Origin: an uncultured delta proteobacterium
GTDB taxonomy: Bacteria > Desulfobacterota > Syntrophia > Syntrophales > Smithellaceae
Direction: 5' to 3'
Length of the DNA: 64,000 nt
Assembly (NCBI GenBank): GCA_963753975.1
Contig: CAVWEH010000001.1
Span: 320,001 to 384,000, forward strand
A model generated the notes under the pieces. That model ran no database searches and was not told the origin of the DNA. It saw nothing but the letters and a program-made list of their open reading frames with translations. The position numbers and the translations under genes are program-made. Positions 9,237 to 20,170 of the stretch are shown here, piece after piece. Positions within the stretch are counted from its first letter, which is position 1; each line of letters starts with the position of its first letter.

Positions 9237-9269
9237 GTCACTAAATTTGGGACTCATTAGAGGTGCTAA

Positions 9270-9872
9270 ATGGAATTGTCAGATGTTATTGCTGCCCGCC
9301 GGAGCATTCGCAAATTCAAACAAAAAGATATTTCGGCTGATACTGTCCGGCTGCTTCTGGATGCGGCGCGGCTTGCCCCTTCGGGATCAAACATCCAGCC
9401 CGCGCGCTTTATTGTCGCCCAATCGCCTGCCGCCAAAGAAGCCCTCGGCGGGTTTACTCCTTACAAGTTTATCATCAAGGCGGCGGTCATTTTTGTCTGC
9501 TGCGCCGACCTGACGGCTATAACAGCAAGGGAGCGGCGTGTCGGAGAACTGTTTAAAGAAGGCGTTTTCGAAGGCGTCGATATTGATATGAATGATCCCG
9601 CAGCTGTAAGCCCCGTGATGGATGCGGAAGCCGTCAGGGCCTATCTTTCCATGAATGTGGCGATTGCTATAGAGCACATCGTTCTTAAAGCCGTTGATCT
9701 GGGTCTGGGCAGTTGCTGGCTGGGAAGATTTGACCGCGATAAGGTAAAGAAGTTTCTGGCACTGGACGAAAGTATCTACCCGGTAGTGCTTCTGCCTGTA
9801 GGGTACCCCGATCAATCACCCAAAGCACGGCCGCGCTTCCCTCTGGACAAATATGTACTGAAGACAATTTAA
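9270..9872 (+). CDS. Nitroreductase family protein
   Basis: RRSIRKF, APSGSNIQP, LGLGSCWLG, PVGYP. Confidence 0.93.
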   Translation: MELSDVIAARRSIRKFKQKDISADTVRLLLDAARLAPSGSNIQPARFIVAQSPAAKEALGGFTPYKFIIKAAVIFVCCADLTAITARERRVGELFKEGVFEGVDIDMNDPAAVSPVMDAEAVRAYLSMNVAIAIEHIVLKAVDLGLGSCWLGRFDRDKVKKFLALDESIYPVVLLPVGYPDQSPKARPRFPLDKYVLKTI

Positions 9873-9922
9873 GCAAAAACCATTCTTCCAAGTAATCCTA
9901 TCGCCGGGAAACGGGTTATTAC

Positions 9923-10396
9923 TTAATACGCACCACAGCAGATGATCATGTCGTCTACTTTTTTAAAGTAGGTTATCTTGGATTTTTCCTTTTTGGTTGT
10001 TGGATTCAGATAAGTGTAATCTACCCATCCCTCACCTTGCGCTTTGGCTTTCGCGACGATTTCTTTCCTGAATAATTTTCCCTGGCTGTCCGCTTCGTTT
10101 AGCACATTCTTTCCTACCAGTGCAGGACGAAAGGGATGAGCTATCACCGTGCCTTTCAAATCGTAGACAAACACATAGAAGGAATCTTTTACAAATTGCC
10201 CATCCGGTTTATTAAATTCCACGATAGCCGCATCGCGGCCGTTGGCTTGAACAAACTCCTCGGCTTTAATTACCATTGCCTTGGCTTCGGCTTTTGCGCC
10301 GCTCTTCCCACCAGCAGTATCTTTCCCATATACATGCCCGAAAGTTCCCGCCAAAAGTATAACTAAGACAGCAACAAATATTCTTTTGACTTTCAT
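9923..10396 (-). CDS. Secreted stand-alone single Cache domain protein
   Basis: Signal peptide; YVFVYDLKGTVIAHP, DSQGKLF, GEGWVDY, KITYFKKVDDMIICCGAY; GAGGAGG RBS. Confidence 0.88.
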   Translation of the reverse strand: MKVKRIFVAVLVILLAGTFGHVYGKDTAGGKSGAKAEAKAMVIKAEEFVQANGRDAAIVEFNKPDGQFVKDSFYVFVYDLKGTVIAHPFRPALVGKNVLNEADSQGKLFRKEIVAKAKAQGEGWVDYTYLNPTTKKEKSKITYFKKVDDMIICCGAY

Positions 10397-10656
10397 GGTC
10401 CCCTCCTCAGAAAAGTTAATTGGGTTTCTACATTGTGAAATTATCCCCGATTTTTTACAAGAAACAGTTGGAAAACGCCCTGTAATTAGTTAACTCTTTT
10501 TGTGCAATAAGTAAAGTTAAAGATATATTTTCATTAAGCGATTAAATGACCATCTTTCAACTTTACAATTATTGATGTCCCCTCATTACTTTCCACTGCC
10601 GAATGAATCGGGATCCAGTTTGACAAACAAGACGGGCAACATTAAATTATTGGTTA

Positions 10657-10674
10657 AAGTGATATTTATCACTT
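10657..10674. promoter_or_regulatory. Palindromic operator candidate (GTGA-N6-TCAC; CRP/FNR/Rex-like)
   Basis: AAGTGATA-TT-TATCACTT perfect inverted repeat between divergent genes. Confidence 0.45.
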
Positions 10675-10791
10675 GAGCATTGGAATGACAAATGAGGCGA
10701 ATATCCAAGGATAAAAAATCGTCTTTGTGTGGGCAAGGATGCTGAGTTCCGAAGGCAATGGCTTTGATAACAAAGAAAGGAGTCGAATATC

Positions 10792-11112
10792 ATGAGAAAG
10801 ATATTTTTCTTTGCGGTGGTAATGATGACACCTCTTTTAACCATGTGTTCCGGTCCCTATGGACCGATGGGTGGCTGGGATCGAACGGGAAATTATGTGT
10901 GTGGCTTTGGCTATGGATACGGAGGTATGTTTATGGGGATATTGTTTTTAATCATTTTGGGAATAGCGATTTATTTTATCGTTCAATCTACTAAATCAAA
11001 GAATATGTTCGGCGAAGCGCAGGAGACACCTTTGGATATTATAAAAAAGCGTTATGCCAAGGGTGAGATTAGCAAAGAAGAATTTGACCGGATGAAAAAA
11101 GAATTGGAATAA
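10792..11112 (+). CDS. SHOCT domain membrane protein
   Basis: Gly/Tyr-rich region, one TM helix, ETPLDIIKKRYAKGEISKEEFDRMK. Confidence 0.85.
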   Translation: MRKIFFFAVVMMTPLLTMCSGPYGPMGGWDRTGNYVCGFGYGYGGMFMGILFLIILGIAIYFIVQSTKSKNMFGEAQETPLDIIKKRYAKGEISKEEFDRMKKELE

Positions 11113-11196
11113 GGGGTAGGGTGAGAGCCTTATAAGCAGGGGCATAAATACATTGCAGTAAGCTTTGAAATCGTTTTCCAAAGCTTACTTGGGCGT

Positions 11197-12390
11197 TCAT
11201 ACCCGTGGTTTCTGGTCCGTGATTCCCAGTGATTCGCTGACGATTTCAGCCGGATCGAGGGCAGCCAGGCCGGAGAGTCCGCTCAGTTGCATCCGGCACG
11301 AACCGCAATCCGCGACAATCGCTTCCGCTCCGGTTTTTCTGATGAGCGAGACAGCCCGGTTTCCCAGTTGGACTGCAGTGGACTCATTAGTCTTTTTAAA
11401 ACCATAACTGCCGTTGAGTCCGCAGCAGGTATCATCAAGTATCTTGTATTCCAGTCCGGGGATCATCGCCATAATTTTTGTTGCCGGATAGCCGATGCCC
11501 AGCGCTCTCAGGTGACAGGGTATGTGGTAAGCAAGCTTGCGCCGCACTTCCCCGAATTGCGGATCTATATGTCCTTCATTGATTAGTTTGACGATATATT
11601 CATAGAGGTTGTAGCTGTTTTCGGCGATCTTTTTCCCCTGCGGAATTTCGAGAATACCCGGATAATCATGTAACAGACACAGCCCGCAGGATGTACAGGT
11701 ATAAACAACATCGTAGCCCGCGTCAATGTAGTTGGAAAGCGATGCCGCATTCTTCTGCGCAAAAGAGCGAGCCAGCGCCAGATTCCCGTTACCCAACGCC
11801 GGAAGACCGCAGCACCACTGCGGCGGTAGTACAACGTCTATATTGAACGATGTGAGCAGTTGAATGATTTTTCTGCCGATATCGGGCCGATAAAAATTAA
11901 TGAAGCAGCCGTAAAAAAAAGCGACTTTTCTTGCCGATTTATTCAAATTTTTCTTTTTGCTATGCAGTGTCCGGAAACTGAATTTCGGAAAAGGTATATA
12001 AGTTGCTATGCCCATGGCCCGGAATATCTTTTTCCCGATTGCGGTGGCGGCAATTGTGTTGGCGATAGGCGCGGTTAAAGAACCAAGGGCGCTTAAGTAA
12101 TAGTTATTGGCGAAAAGGAGGTAGGCCAGCGTACGGGGATGCTGAAGACCATATCTTTGCTGCGCCTTAAGAATTATCTGGGCTGGCTCCACTCCGCACG
12201 GGCAAGACATCTCGCAGCGCTTGCACTGACTGCACAGGAGCACCCATTTATCAACGGCTTTTTCTCTTTCCATCCGGAAGCGCTGGGCATCTGGTCCTGA
12301 TTGTTTCGGCCCGGGAAAATCAGGATTGACCCGCAGGACGGGACAATTCTCCACGCAAATAGTACAGCGTATGCAGTGTTCAAAGTTCAT
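11197..12390 (-). CDS. glpC: Anaerobic glycerol-3-phosphate dehydrogenase subunit C
   Basis: CIRCTICVENCP and CSQCKRCEMSCP clusters, FPGPKQSGPD, two CCG domains; operon with glpAB. Confidence 0.92.
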   Translation of the reverse strand: MNFEHCIRCTICVENCPVLRVNPDFPGPKQSGPDAQRFRMEREKAVDKWVLLCSQCKRCEMSCPCGVEPAQIILKAQQRYGLQHPRTLAYLLFANNYYLSALGSLTAPIANTIAATAIGKKIFRAMGIATYIPFPKFSFRTLHSKKKNLNKSARKVAFFYGCFINFYRPDIGRKIIQLLTSFNIDVVLPPQWCCGLPALGNGNLALARSFAQKNAASLSNYIDAGYDVVYTCTSCGLCLLHDYPGILEIPQGKKIAENSYNLYEYIVKLINEGHIDPQFGEVRRKLAYHIPCHLRALGIGYPATKIMAMIPGLEYKILDDTCCGLNGSYGFKKTNESTAVQLGNRAVSLIRKTGAEAIVADCGSCRMQLSGLSGLAALDPAEIVSESLGITDQKPRV

Positions 12391-13583
12391 CTGATATACT
12401 CCGCGCAGGACTTTGCCGCAGCATCACCTGTTGCCAGCGCCAGGCCGTGCCCGCAGCCGTTTTTCAAAATCTCCGTATTGGCGAGTATCCCTCCACACGC
12501 AAAAATATTTTCCCATTTGGAGCCCGCCGGACGGAAGGATGAATCCACAATTATCCCCGCCCTGCCGATACCGTGATTAAAGGAAAAATAATCATTATCG
12601 AACCAGGTATTCCTCGGGCCGGGGACATGGACGGGAAGATTAAAAACCTTTTCCGTGATTGTTTCCCGCTGTGCCTGAAGCCCGCCGCCGACAAACGATC
12701 CCGTGGCCAGGATAAAAGCCTTGGCATTAAGGCTGTTGGGCCTTCCTGCGGATTCAGTGACAACGGCTTCGATAATCTTACCCGTTTTTTCCACACCGAC
12801 AACCGGCCACGCCCAGTAGATGGTTCCGCCCTTTTTCCGGAAATAGTCCTTCAGCGCGTTGAATAATCTTCTGCCGGGCATTGATGGCGGAATGGTGGGG
12901 ATTTCAAAAACGGTCCGCGACAGTCTCTCTTCTATTTTTTTGACGATTTTCGCGGCTGATTCCAAGCCCAAAACGGCGGGAAAAGCGATTTTGCCTTCGC
13001 GAATGTTTTGTTGCATAAGCCAGAGGATGAATGCTTCCAAAAAATCTTCCCGCTCGAAATTTGCCGCAATGCCCATGGTTGTGGAAACGCCGGCATCGTA
13101 TGTCGAAAAAGAGGCGTTCTTCCGCCGGGAAATTATGTAGCTGGGGTAAAAATCTTTGAGCCCACTGAATGTAATAATGTGTATTTCGTCATCAGCGTCC
13201 TGGGGCGCTGCCTGCATAGTTACGGGAACCATGCAAGTAGTCTTGTAAGTTCCCAGAGCCGAAAGAATGCGGCGGTTTTCTTCCAGTGCACCGATATAGG
13301 GAATACCCATATCGTTCATAGCATTGGCGAAATTATCCAGCGCCTCCCGGATAGCTACCCGGGAGATAAGGTGAAAAGGGTGTTCCTCCGGAAGATGAGT
13401 CACCCCGTGCAGAGGATTATGATCACGGGAACATACATCTATACAGCCGGTAGAAAGACACGCCGTGGGTTCTCCGGTGGTAACAACGGCAACTTTAAGG
13501 CCGCGCTCGGCAAGCCTCGTGCCCGCGGTAAGTCCGGCTACTCCCGCACCGATAATGATAACATCGTATTCAATCACGCTCAC
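12387..13583 (-). CDS. glpB: Anaerobic glycerol-3-phosphate dehydrogenase subunit B
   Basis: YDVIIIGAGVAG, STGCID, FPAVLG, EIPTIPPSMPGRRL, LATGSFVGGGL; GTG start overlaps the glpA stop. Confidence 0.92.
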   Translation of the reverse strand: MSVIEYDVIIIGAGVAGLTAGTRLAERGLKVAVVTTGEPTACLSTGCIDVCSRDHNPLHGVTHLPEEHPFHLISRVAIREALDNFANAMNDMGIPYIGALEENRRILSALGTYKTTCMVPVTMQAAPQDADDEIHIITFSGLKDFYPSYIISRRKNASFSTYDAGVSTTMGIAANFEREDFLEAFILWLMQQNIREGKIAFPAVLGLESAAKIVKKIEERLSRTVFEIPTIPPSMPGRRLFNALKDYFRKKGGTIYWAWPVVGVEKTGKIIEAVVTESAGRPNSLNAKAFILATGSFVGGGLQAQRETITEKVFNLPVHVPGPRNTWFDNDYFSFNHGIGRAGIIVDSSFRPAGSKWENIFACGGILANTEILKNGCGHGLALATGDAAAKSCAEYIR

Positions 13584-15082
13584 TGCGGTCTCTCCATGGC
13601 TAGTATACCCAGATAGATGTATTCGACAAGCTGTTCTTCGCGCAACTGATCGCCCCAAAGGCAATATCTGATACCGTGAAACCGGCGCTGAAGAAAATCC
13701 CGCAGGGCCGACATGGATTGCTCCGGTGAGATGATACTTTTTTCATGCATGATTCCCAGCGCACGAAAAGTGCAAAACCCACCCTGACACGGTCCCATGC
13801 CCAAGCGTGTCCGGTGCTGAATGTCGCCGACATATCGTGTTCCTGTTTGGCTGATTATCCGCTCCACTTCTTTTCTCGAGACAAGTTCGCATTCACAGAC
13901 AATATTTTTCATATCGGCGAGCCGCTTGGCCAGAGGATAGCCGCTAAGTTCTTCCTGTCCGTCCAGAGGTATTTGAGCCGTTTCACATGCTCTCTTTAAG
14001 TTAAATGAATCCATTATGGTATCGACCATCTTTTCCGCCATGAGCCGGAAAGTGGTGAGCTTTCCTCCCACGATACTGTACATGCCGTTATTATGATTGA
14101 TGATTTGAAAACCACGGGAGATTTCGCGGCTGTCCGATTTTTGGGATTTGAGCAGAGGGCGGACACCGGAAAAAGCACGGATGATACGCGTATTGTTGAA
14201 ATGAGGAATCATTCGTCCCGCCTCGCTGATAATGGTATCAACTTCAGTGGATTCGATTTTGCTTTTATCCGGATCTTCGACCAGCAGCGATGTTGTCCCG
14301 GCCAGGCAGACAGCTTCGTTGGGTACGACGATATCGCCGTCGGAAGGCGGACGGAGCCTGTTGATTACCATATTGGTCAGGCGGTGATTGGTGATTACAA
14401 TACTTCCTTTAGATAGAGTAAGCGGCACTTCATTTCCGGCAAGAGAGGCAACCAGATGAGACCATGCTCCGGTAGCATTGACAAGGACGTTGCCGCGGAT
14501 TTCTCGAATTTCACCGGTGACCTGATCGGTAGCTTTAACGCCGATACAGCGTCCATGCGATTTGATGATTTCCGTTACCTTGTGGCGAATAAAGATGATG
14601 CCGTCTCTTAGCTGCGACGTCGTAATATTGAGCATGCACAGGCGAAAAGGATCGATAGAACAATCGGGAACTTTGATTGCCTCTTCGATTTCCGGATTCA
14701 GGTTGGGAACCAAATCGAGAGCTTTGGTCGAGGAAATGACTTCCGCGGGAATGCCTATTTCTTCACAGCTGCGCAGGAACCGTTCGCGATAAAGTTTGGA
14801 ATCGCCGGGAAGACGCACAAAAAGGCCTCCCGTCTGCTCGACGCATTTTTCACCGATCTTTCTCAAGATGATGTTTTCATCGTAGCACTCCTTGGCCGCT
14901 ATCGGATCGGAGACCACGTAACGGCTCCCGCTGTGCAGGAGGCCGTGGCAGGCGCCGGTAGCTCCCGCCGCGAAGTCTCCCTTTTCTACGAGACAATGAG
15001 GAATACCGCGCAGAGCCAGATCCCTGGCGATACCGCAGCCGGTGGCACCCCCGCCGATGATGATGACATCAGTTTTAATCAT
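13580..15082 (-). CDS. glpA: Anaerobic glycerol-3-phosphate dehydrogenase subunit A
   Basis: IGGGATGCGIARDL, HGLLHSGSRY, GGKLTTFRLMAE, C-terminal CECE...RTRLGMGPCQGGFC. Confidence 0.95.
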   Translation of the reverse strand: MIKTDVIIIGGGATGCGIARDLALRGIPHCLVEKGDFAAGATGACHGLLHSGSRYVVSDPIAAKECYDENIILRKIGEKCVEQTGGLFVRLPGDSKLYRERFLRSCEEIGIPAEVISSTKALDLVPNLNPEIEEAIKVPDCSIDPFRLCMLNITTSQLRDGIIFIRHKVTEIIKSHGRCIGVKATDQVTGEIREIRGNVLVNATGAWSHLVASLAGNEVPLTLSKGSIVITNHRLTNMVINRLRPPSDGDIVVPNEAVCLAGTTSLLVEDPDKSKIESTEVDTIISEAGRMIPHFNNTRIIRAFSGVRPLLKSQKSDSREISRGFQIINHNNGMYSIVGGKLTTFRLMAEKMVDTIMDSFNLKRACETAQIPLDGQEELSGYPLAKRLADMKNIVCECELVSRKEVERIISQTGTRYVGDIQHRTRLGMGPCQGGFCTFRALGIMHEKSIISPEQSMSALRDFLQRRFHGIRYCLWGDQLREEQLVEYIYLGILAMERPQ

Positions 15083-15088
15083 GTTGTT

Positions 15089-16589
<1,501 letters not shown>

Positions 16590-16869
16590 ATTCGCACCCC
16601 TAATATTAGATTAACTATAGATGCTTTTATTAAGATTAGTATTACATAATGTTCCGTATTTGCAAATGAAAAATGTTTCCGGAATTACTTTTTTTATGCG
16701 CGCAGTAATTTCAAAACATCAATTTTGTAAATTAACCTCATACCCCTTTGATTGCCCTATAGCACGTTTGGAATTCATCCTCAAGTAAGGCTAAGAAAAA
16801 AACAATATTTAATTTTTTTGCCTTTTGAAAGGGCTAAAATTTCCTTGACAAATAATAAATATTCTATAA

Positions 16870-16906
16870 TCTGAATAATCATTCAATATTTGAATGATTA
16901 TTCAGA
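16870..16906. promoter_or_regulatory. TetR-type operator: 17-bp perfect inverted repeat made of two smaller palindromes
   Basis: TCTGAATAATCATTCAA-tat-TTGAATGATTATTCAGA, directly downstream of TTGACA (16845) and the -10 region. Confidence 0.8.
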
Positions 16907-16923
16907 ACAGAAGGGCTCAGTTA

Positions 16924-17541
16924 ATGGAAAGGCTGGAGCGAAAAGAGCGTGAGTTCAATGTGCGCCGGGCGGATATTCTGGGGCAGGCGGAAAAAATATT
17001 TTCCGCCAAAAGCTATCATAACGTTACAATGGCTGAAATTGCCAGCGCTTCCGGTTTTGCCATCGGGTCCCTCTATCAGTTCTTTAACGGCAAAGAACAT
17101 CTTTATACGACGATGATCAGCGAAAAACTCGACTTGATGTATGCCGAAATCAGGCAAGAGGTAAACACAGCCAAGGATGCTGCCGATAAAATTGTAACGC
17201 TGATTAAGGCGCATTTAAACTTTATCGAAAAAAATACGGATTTCTGCCGTATATTCCTGCGCGGGGAAAACGATGCTTTATCGGAAATTATGTCCACCCT
17301 GCGCCAAAAACTTATCGACGATTATTTTAAACACATAACTTTTATCGAGAATTCATTAAAAATAGGTGTAAAGAGCGGCTTATTGCGCCCGCTCCCGCCG
17401 CATGAAATGGCTTCGGCGTTAATGCATTTGATCAGGTCGGCAGCAAGCGAGTGGTTGTTAATGCCGACGAAAGAGTCCCTCCTTTCCAAAAAGGATTTTA
17501 TTCTGGACATTTTTTTAAATGGAGTAAAAAAATATGATTGA
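16924..17541 (+). CDS. TetR/AcrR family regulator
   Basis: VTMAEIASASGFAIGSLYQFF HTH; ATG 16924 preferred because ATG 16894 lies inside the operator. Confidence 0.92.
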   Translation: MERLERKEREFNVRRADILGQAEKIFSAKSYHNVTMAEIASASGFAIGSLYQFFNGKEHLYTTMISEKLDLMYAEIRQEVNTAKDAADKIVTLIKAHLNFIEKNTDFCRIFLRGENDALSEIMSTLRQKLIDDYFKHITFIENSLKIGVKSGLLRPLPPHEMASALMHLIRSAASEWLLMPTKESLLSKKDFILDIFLNGVKKYD

Positions 17542-18877
17542 TAAGACTTATCGTTCAGCCTTTTTGATTATTTTGGCAATTATTCTTTTTCCGAAATTTG
17601 TTTCCGGCGAAGAGCCATTAACTTTGGAGAGAAGCATTGACATTGCTTTAAAGAACAGCATTGTTTTAAATATAGCCAAGGAAGGGTCCAAAGGCGCCAC
17701 AGCTCAAAAACGTGAAGCCTTAACCGGTTTTTTACCTACGTTCAATACTTCTTATAATTATACCCGCCTCAATGAGGATCCTTTCACTAGATTTGTTAAT
17801 GTTCCTCCGCCTCTTACAGCACTCAATGGTGCTGAAATCACGGTAGGGACGAAAAATAATTTCACCTGGTCAATAGAAGCAAAGCAACCTATTTTTGCCG
17901 GCGGTGGAATTCTGGCCAATTATCAGGCCAGTAAGATCGGCGAAGATGCTTCCTTTTTAGAAGAGGCCGCCAAACGACAGGATGTCGTACAGGATGTGAA
18001 AATAGCTTATTTCGACATTTTACGGGCGCAAAAAATTCTGGAAACGGCGCGTCAATCGGTCGAAATGCTTGCCGCTCATAACGATGTTGCCCAAAATTAT
18101 TTTAACGTGGGGATGATTCCCAAGAATGATTTACTGCATGCGGAAGTAGAACTGGCTAACGGCAAACAATCTCTTATCCGGGCTCTGAATGCCGTGGAGT
18201 TAGCCAAATCCCGTTTTAACACTGTCTTGAAACGTAAGATATTCGCGCCGGTAGAAATTGTGGATGTTCTAACCTATCAACCCCTCAATCAATCTTTTGA
18301 GCAATGCCTGGCTGTCGCTCAGCAAAACAGACCGGAGTTGAAAATATCTTCGCTTAGAGCCGAGCAGGCAGGTAAATTGGTTCAGGTGGCTCAAAGCGAT
18401 TTCCTGCCGTCAATAAGCCTCGTAGGCAACTATTCTAGATATGGCGATAATCCATCGATTTCCGGCAGTGACTATCAGGACGCGGAAAGCTGGTATCTGA
18501 TGGCAGTGGCGAGCTGGAATTTCTGGGAATGGGGCAAAACTAAATTTCGGGTAGATGCGAGCAAAGCCAAAGAGAATCAAGCTACAGAAGCGGCCAAAGA
18601 ATTAAATGACCAAATTACCCTGGAAATTAAAAATGCTTACCTGATTTTACAGGAAACGGAAAAACAGATTTCTGTATGGCAGCAAGTAATTGAACAGGCC
18701 GAAGAAAATTTTCGTATTTCCGAAGAAAGATACAAGGAAAGAGTGGCCACATCCACCGAAGTGCTCGATGCCCAAACACTGTTGACGAGAGCAAAATCCG
18801 AATACGCCAACGCCTTGGGCGATTATAATATGAATTATGCCAGGCTGCAGAGGGCGATGGGAACTATTTGGCCGTAG
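17534..18877 (+). CDS. TolC family outer-membrane efflux protein
   Basis: Signal peptide, LTLERSIDIALKNS, QPIFAGG, TEVLDAQTLL. Confidence 0.9.
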   Translation: MIDKTYRSAFLIILAIILFPKFVSGEEPLTLERSIDIALKNSIVLNIAKEGSKGATAQKREALTGFLPTFNTSYNYTRLNEDPFTRFVNVPPPLTALNGAEITVGTKNNFTWSIEAKQPIFAGGGILANYQASKIGEDASFLEEAAKRQDVVQDVKIAYFDILRAQKILETARQSVEMLAAHNDVAQNYFNVGMIPKNDLLHAEVELANGKQSLIRALNAVELAKSRFNTVLKRKIFAPVEIVDVLTYQPLNQSFEQCLAVAQQNRPELKISSLRAEQAGKLVQVAQSDFLPSISLVGNYSRYGDNPSISGSDYQDAESWYLMAVASWNFWEWGKTKFRVDASKAKENQATEAAKELNDQITLEIKNAYLILQETEKQISVWQQVIEQAEENFRISEERYKERVATSTEVLDAQTLLTRAKSEYANALGDYNMNYARLQRAMGTIWP

Positions 18878-18997
18878 TTTTGTTGTATGTTGTTTGTGTT
18901 GAAAAGGATTTTAAAGAGGAAAAAAATATTATTATACGGGATACTCGTTACGATAAACAATTGATATTTATATTAAAATAAATAACAGAGGTGTAGA

Positions 18998-20158
18998 ATG
19001 AAAAACAATAACAGGGCCAGGCTGATGGCCGCCGTTGGTGTTCTTGCTGCGGGCTTGATCCTGGGCGGTTGCGGACAGAAGACCCCGAGCGCTCAAAACA
19101 TTCCCGAAGTTTCCGTTGTGACGATACAGCCGAAGCCGGTGGCTATTACGACCGATTTGACCGGCAGGACGTCCGCCAATTTAGTAGCTGAAGTACGTCC
19201 TCAGGTGAGTGGCATCATTCAGAAGCGCCTGTTTACAGAAGGCTCCGATGTTAGAGCCGGCCAAGTTCTCTTTCAGATAGATCCTGCTTTGTATCAGGCG
19301 GCGCTTGCAAGATCCGAGGCCAATCTCACGGCCATCCAGTTAAGGACCGAACGCTTGCGGGAATTGCTTGTCGAGAAAGCGGTAAGCCAGCAGGACTATG
19401 ATGATGCGGCGGCTGCGCTGAAACAGACTCAGGCGGATATACGAGGAACGGCACGCATCAATTTGAAATATACGACGATTACTGCGCCCATCTCGGGCCG
19501 AATCGGAAAATCCAGCGTCACTGAGGGCGCCTTGGTGACGGCGCAGCAGCCCGAAGCCCTGGCAACCATTCAAAAACTTAATCCCATGTATGTGGATATT
19601 ACCCAATCCACGGCCGACCTGCTGCGATTGCGACGTGGCATTAAGGAAGGCCGTCTGAGTCAAAATGAAGCAAATCAGAAAAAGGTTCAACTCATTCTGG
19701 AAGACGGTACAGCGTATCCATTGACGGGAACCCTTCAATTCCGGGATGTCACGGTCGATCCCACGACGGGGTCAGTCATTCTGCGAGCCATCTTTCCTAA
19801 TCCGAATGGGGTTCTCCTGCCGGGCATGTTTATCCGGGCAGTGGTGCAGGAAGGTGTCAATAAGAAGGCCATTCTCGTTCCCCAGCAGGCCGTGTCACGT
19901 GATCCGAAGGGAAACCCGCTAACATTGATCGTGGACGCCGCAGGCAAGGTTCAATTGCGGATGCTGACGCTTGATCGAGCCATTGGTGATCAGTGGCTTG
20001 TTTTATCAGGTCTTGTGCCCGGCGATCGGGTAATTGTTGAAGGGATGCAAAAGGTGACACCCGGCGTTTCCGTAAAAGCTGTTCCTTTTGAAATTGGCGG
20101 CGAAACAAGCAGCGGGGAACGTAAGAATAAGATTCCACCGCCGGCAAAAGCGAATTAA
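18998..20158 (+). CDS. acrA: RND periplasmic adaptor subunit (AcrA/MexA-like lipoprotein)
   Basis: Lipobox LGGC, AEVRPQVSGII, TAPISGRIGKSSVTEGALV, LLPGMF. Confidence 0.9.
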   Translation: MKNNNRARLMAAVGVLAAGLILGGCGQKTPSAQNIPEVSVVTIQPKPVAITTDLTGRTSANLVAEVRPQVSGIIQKRLFTEGSDVRAGQVLFQIDPALYQAALARSEANLTAIQLRTERLRELLVEKAVSQQDYDDAAAALKQTQADIRGTARINLKYTTITAPISGRIGKSSVTEGALVTAQQPEALATIQKLNPMYVDITQSTADLLRLRRGIKEGRLSQNEANQKKVQLILEDGTAYPLTGTLQFRDVTVDPTTGSVILRAIFPNPNGVLLPGMFIRAVVQEGVNKKAILVPQQAVSRDPKGNPLTLIVDAAGKVQLRMLTLDRAIGDQWLVLSGLVPGDRVIVEGMQKVTPGVSVKAVPFEIGGETSSGERKNKIPPPAKAN

Positions 20159-20170
20159 CGGAGGCGCAAG

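Noticed and set aside
19270..19470. Adaptor alpha-hairpin shorter than in E. coli AcrA
   Set aside because: The length is comparable to MexA-type adaptors, so it is not unusual.
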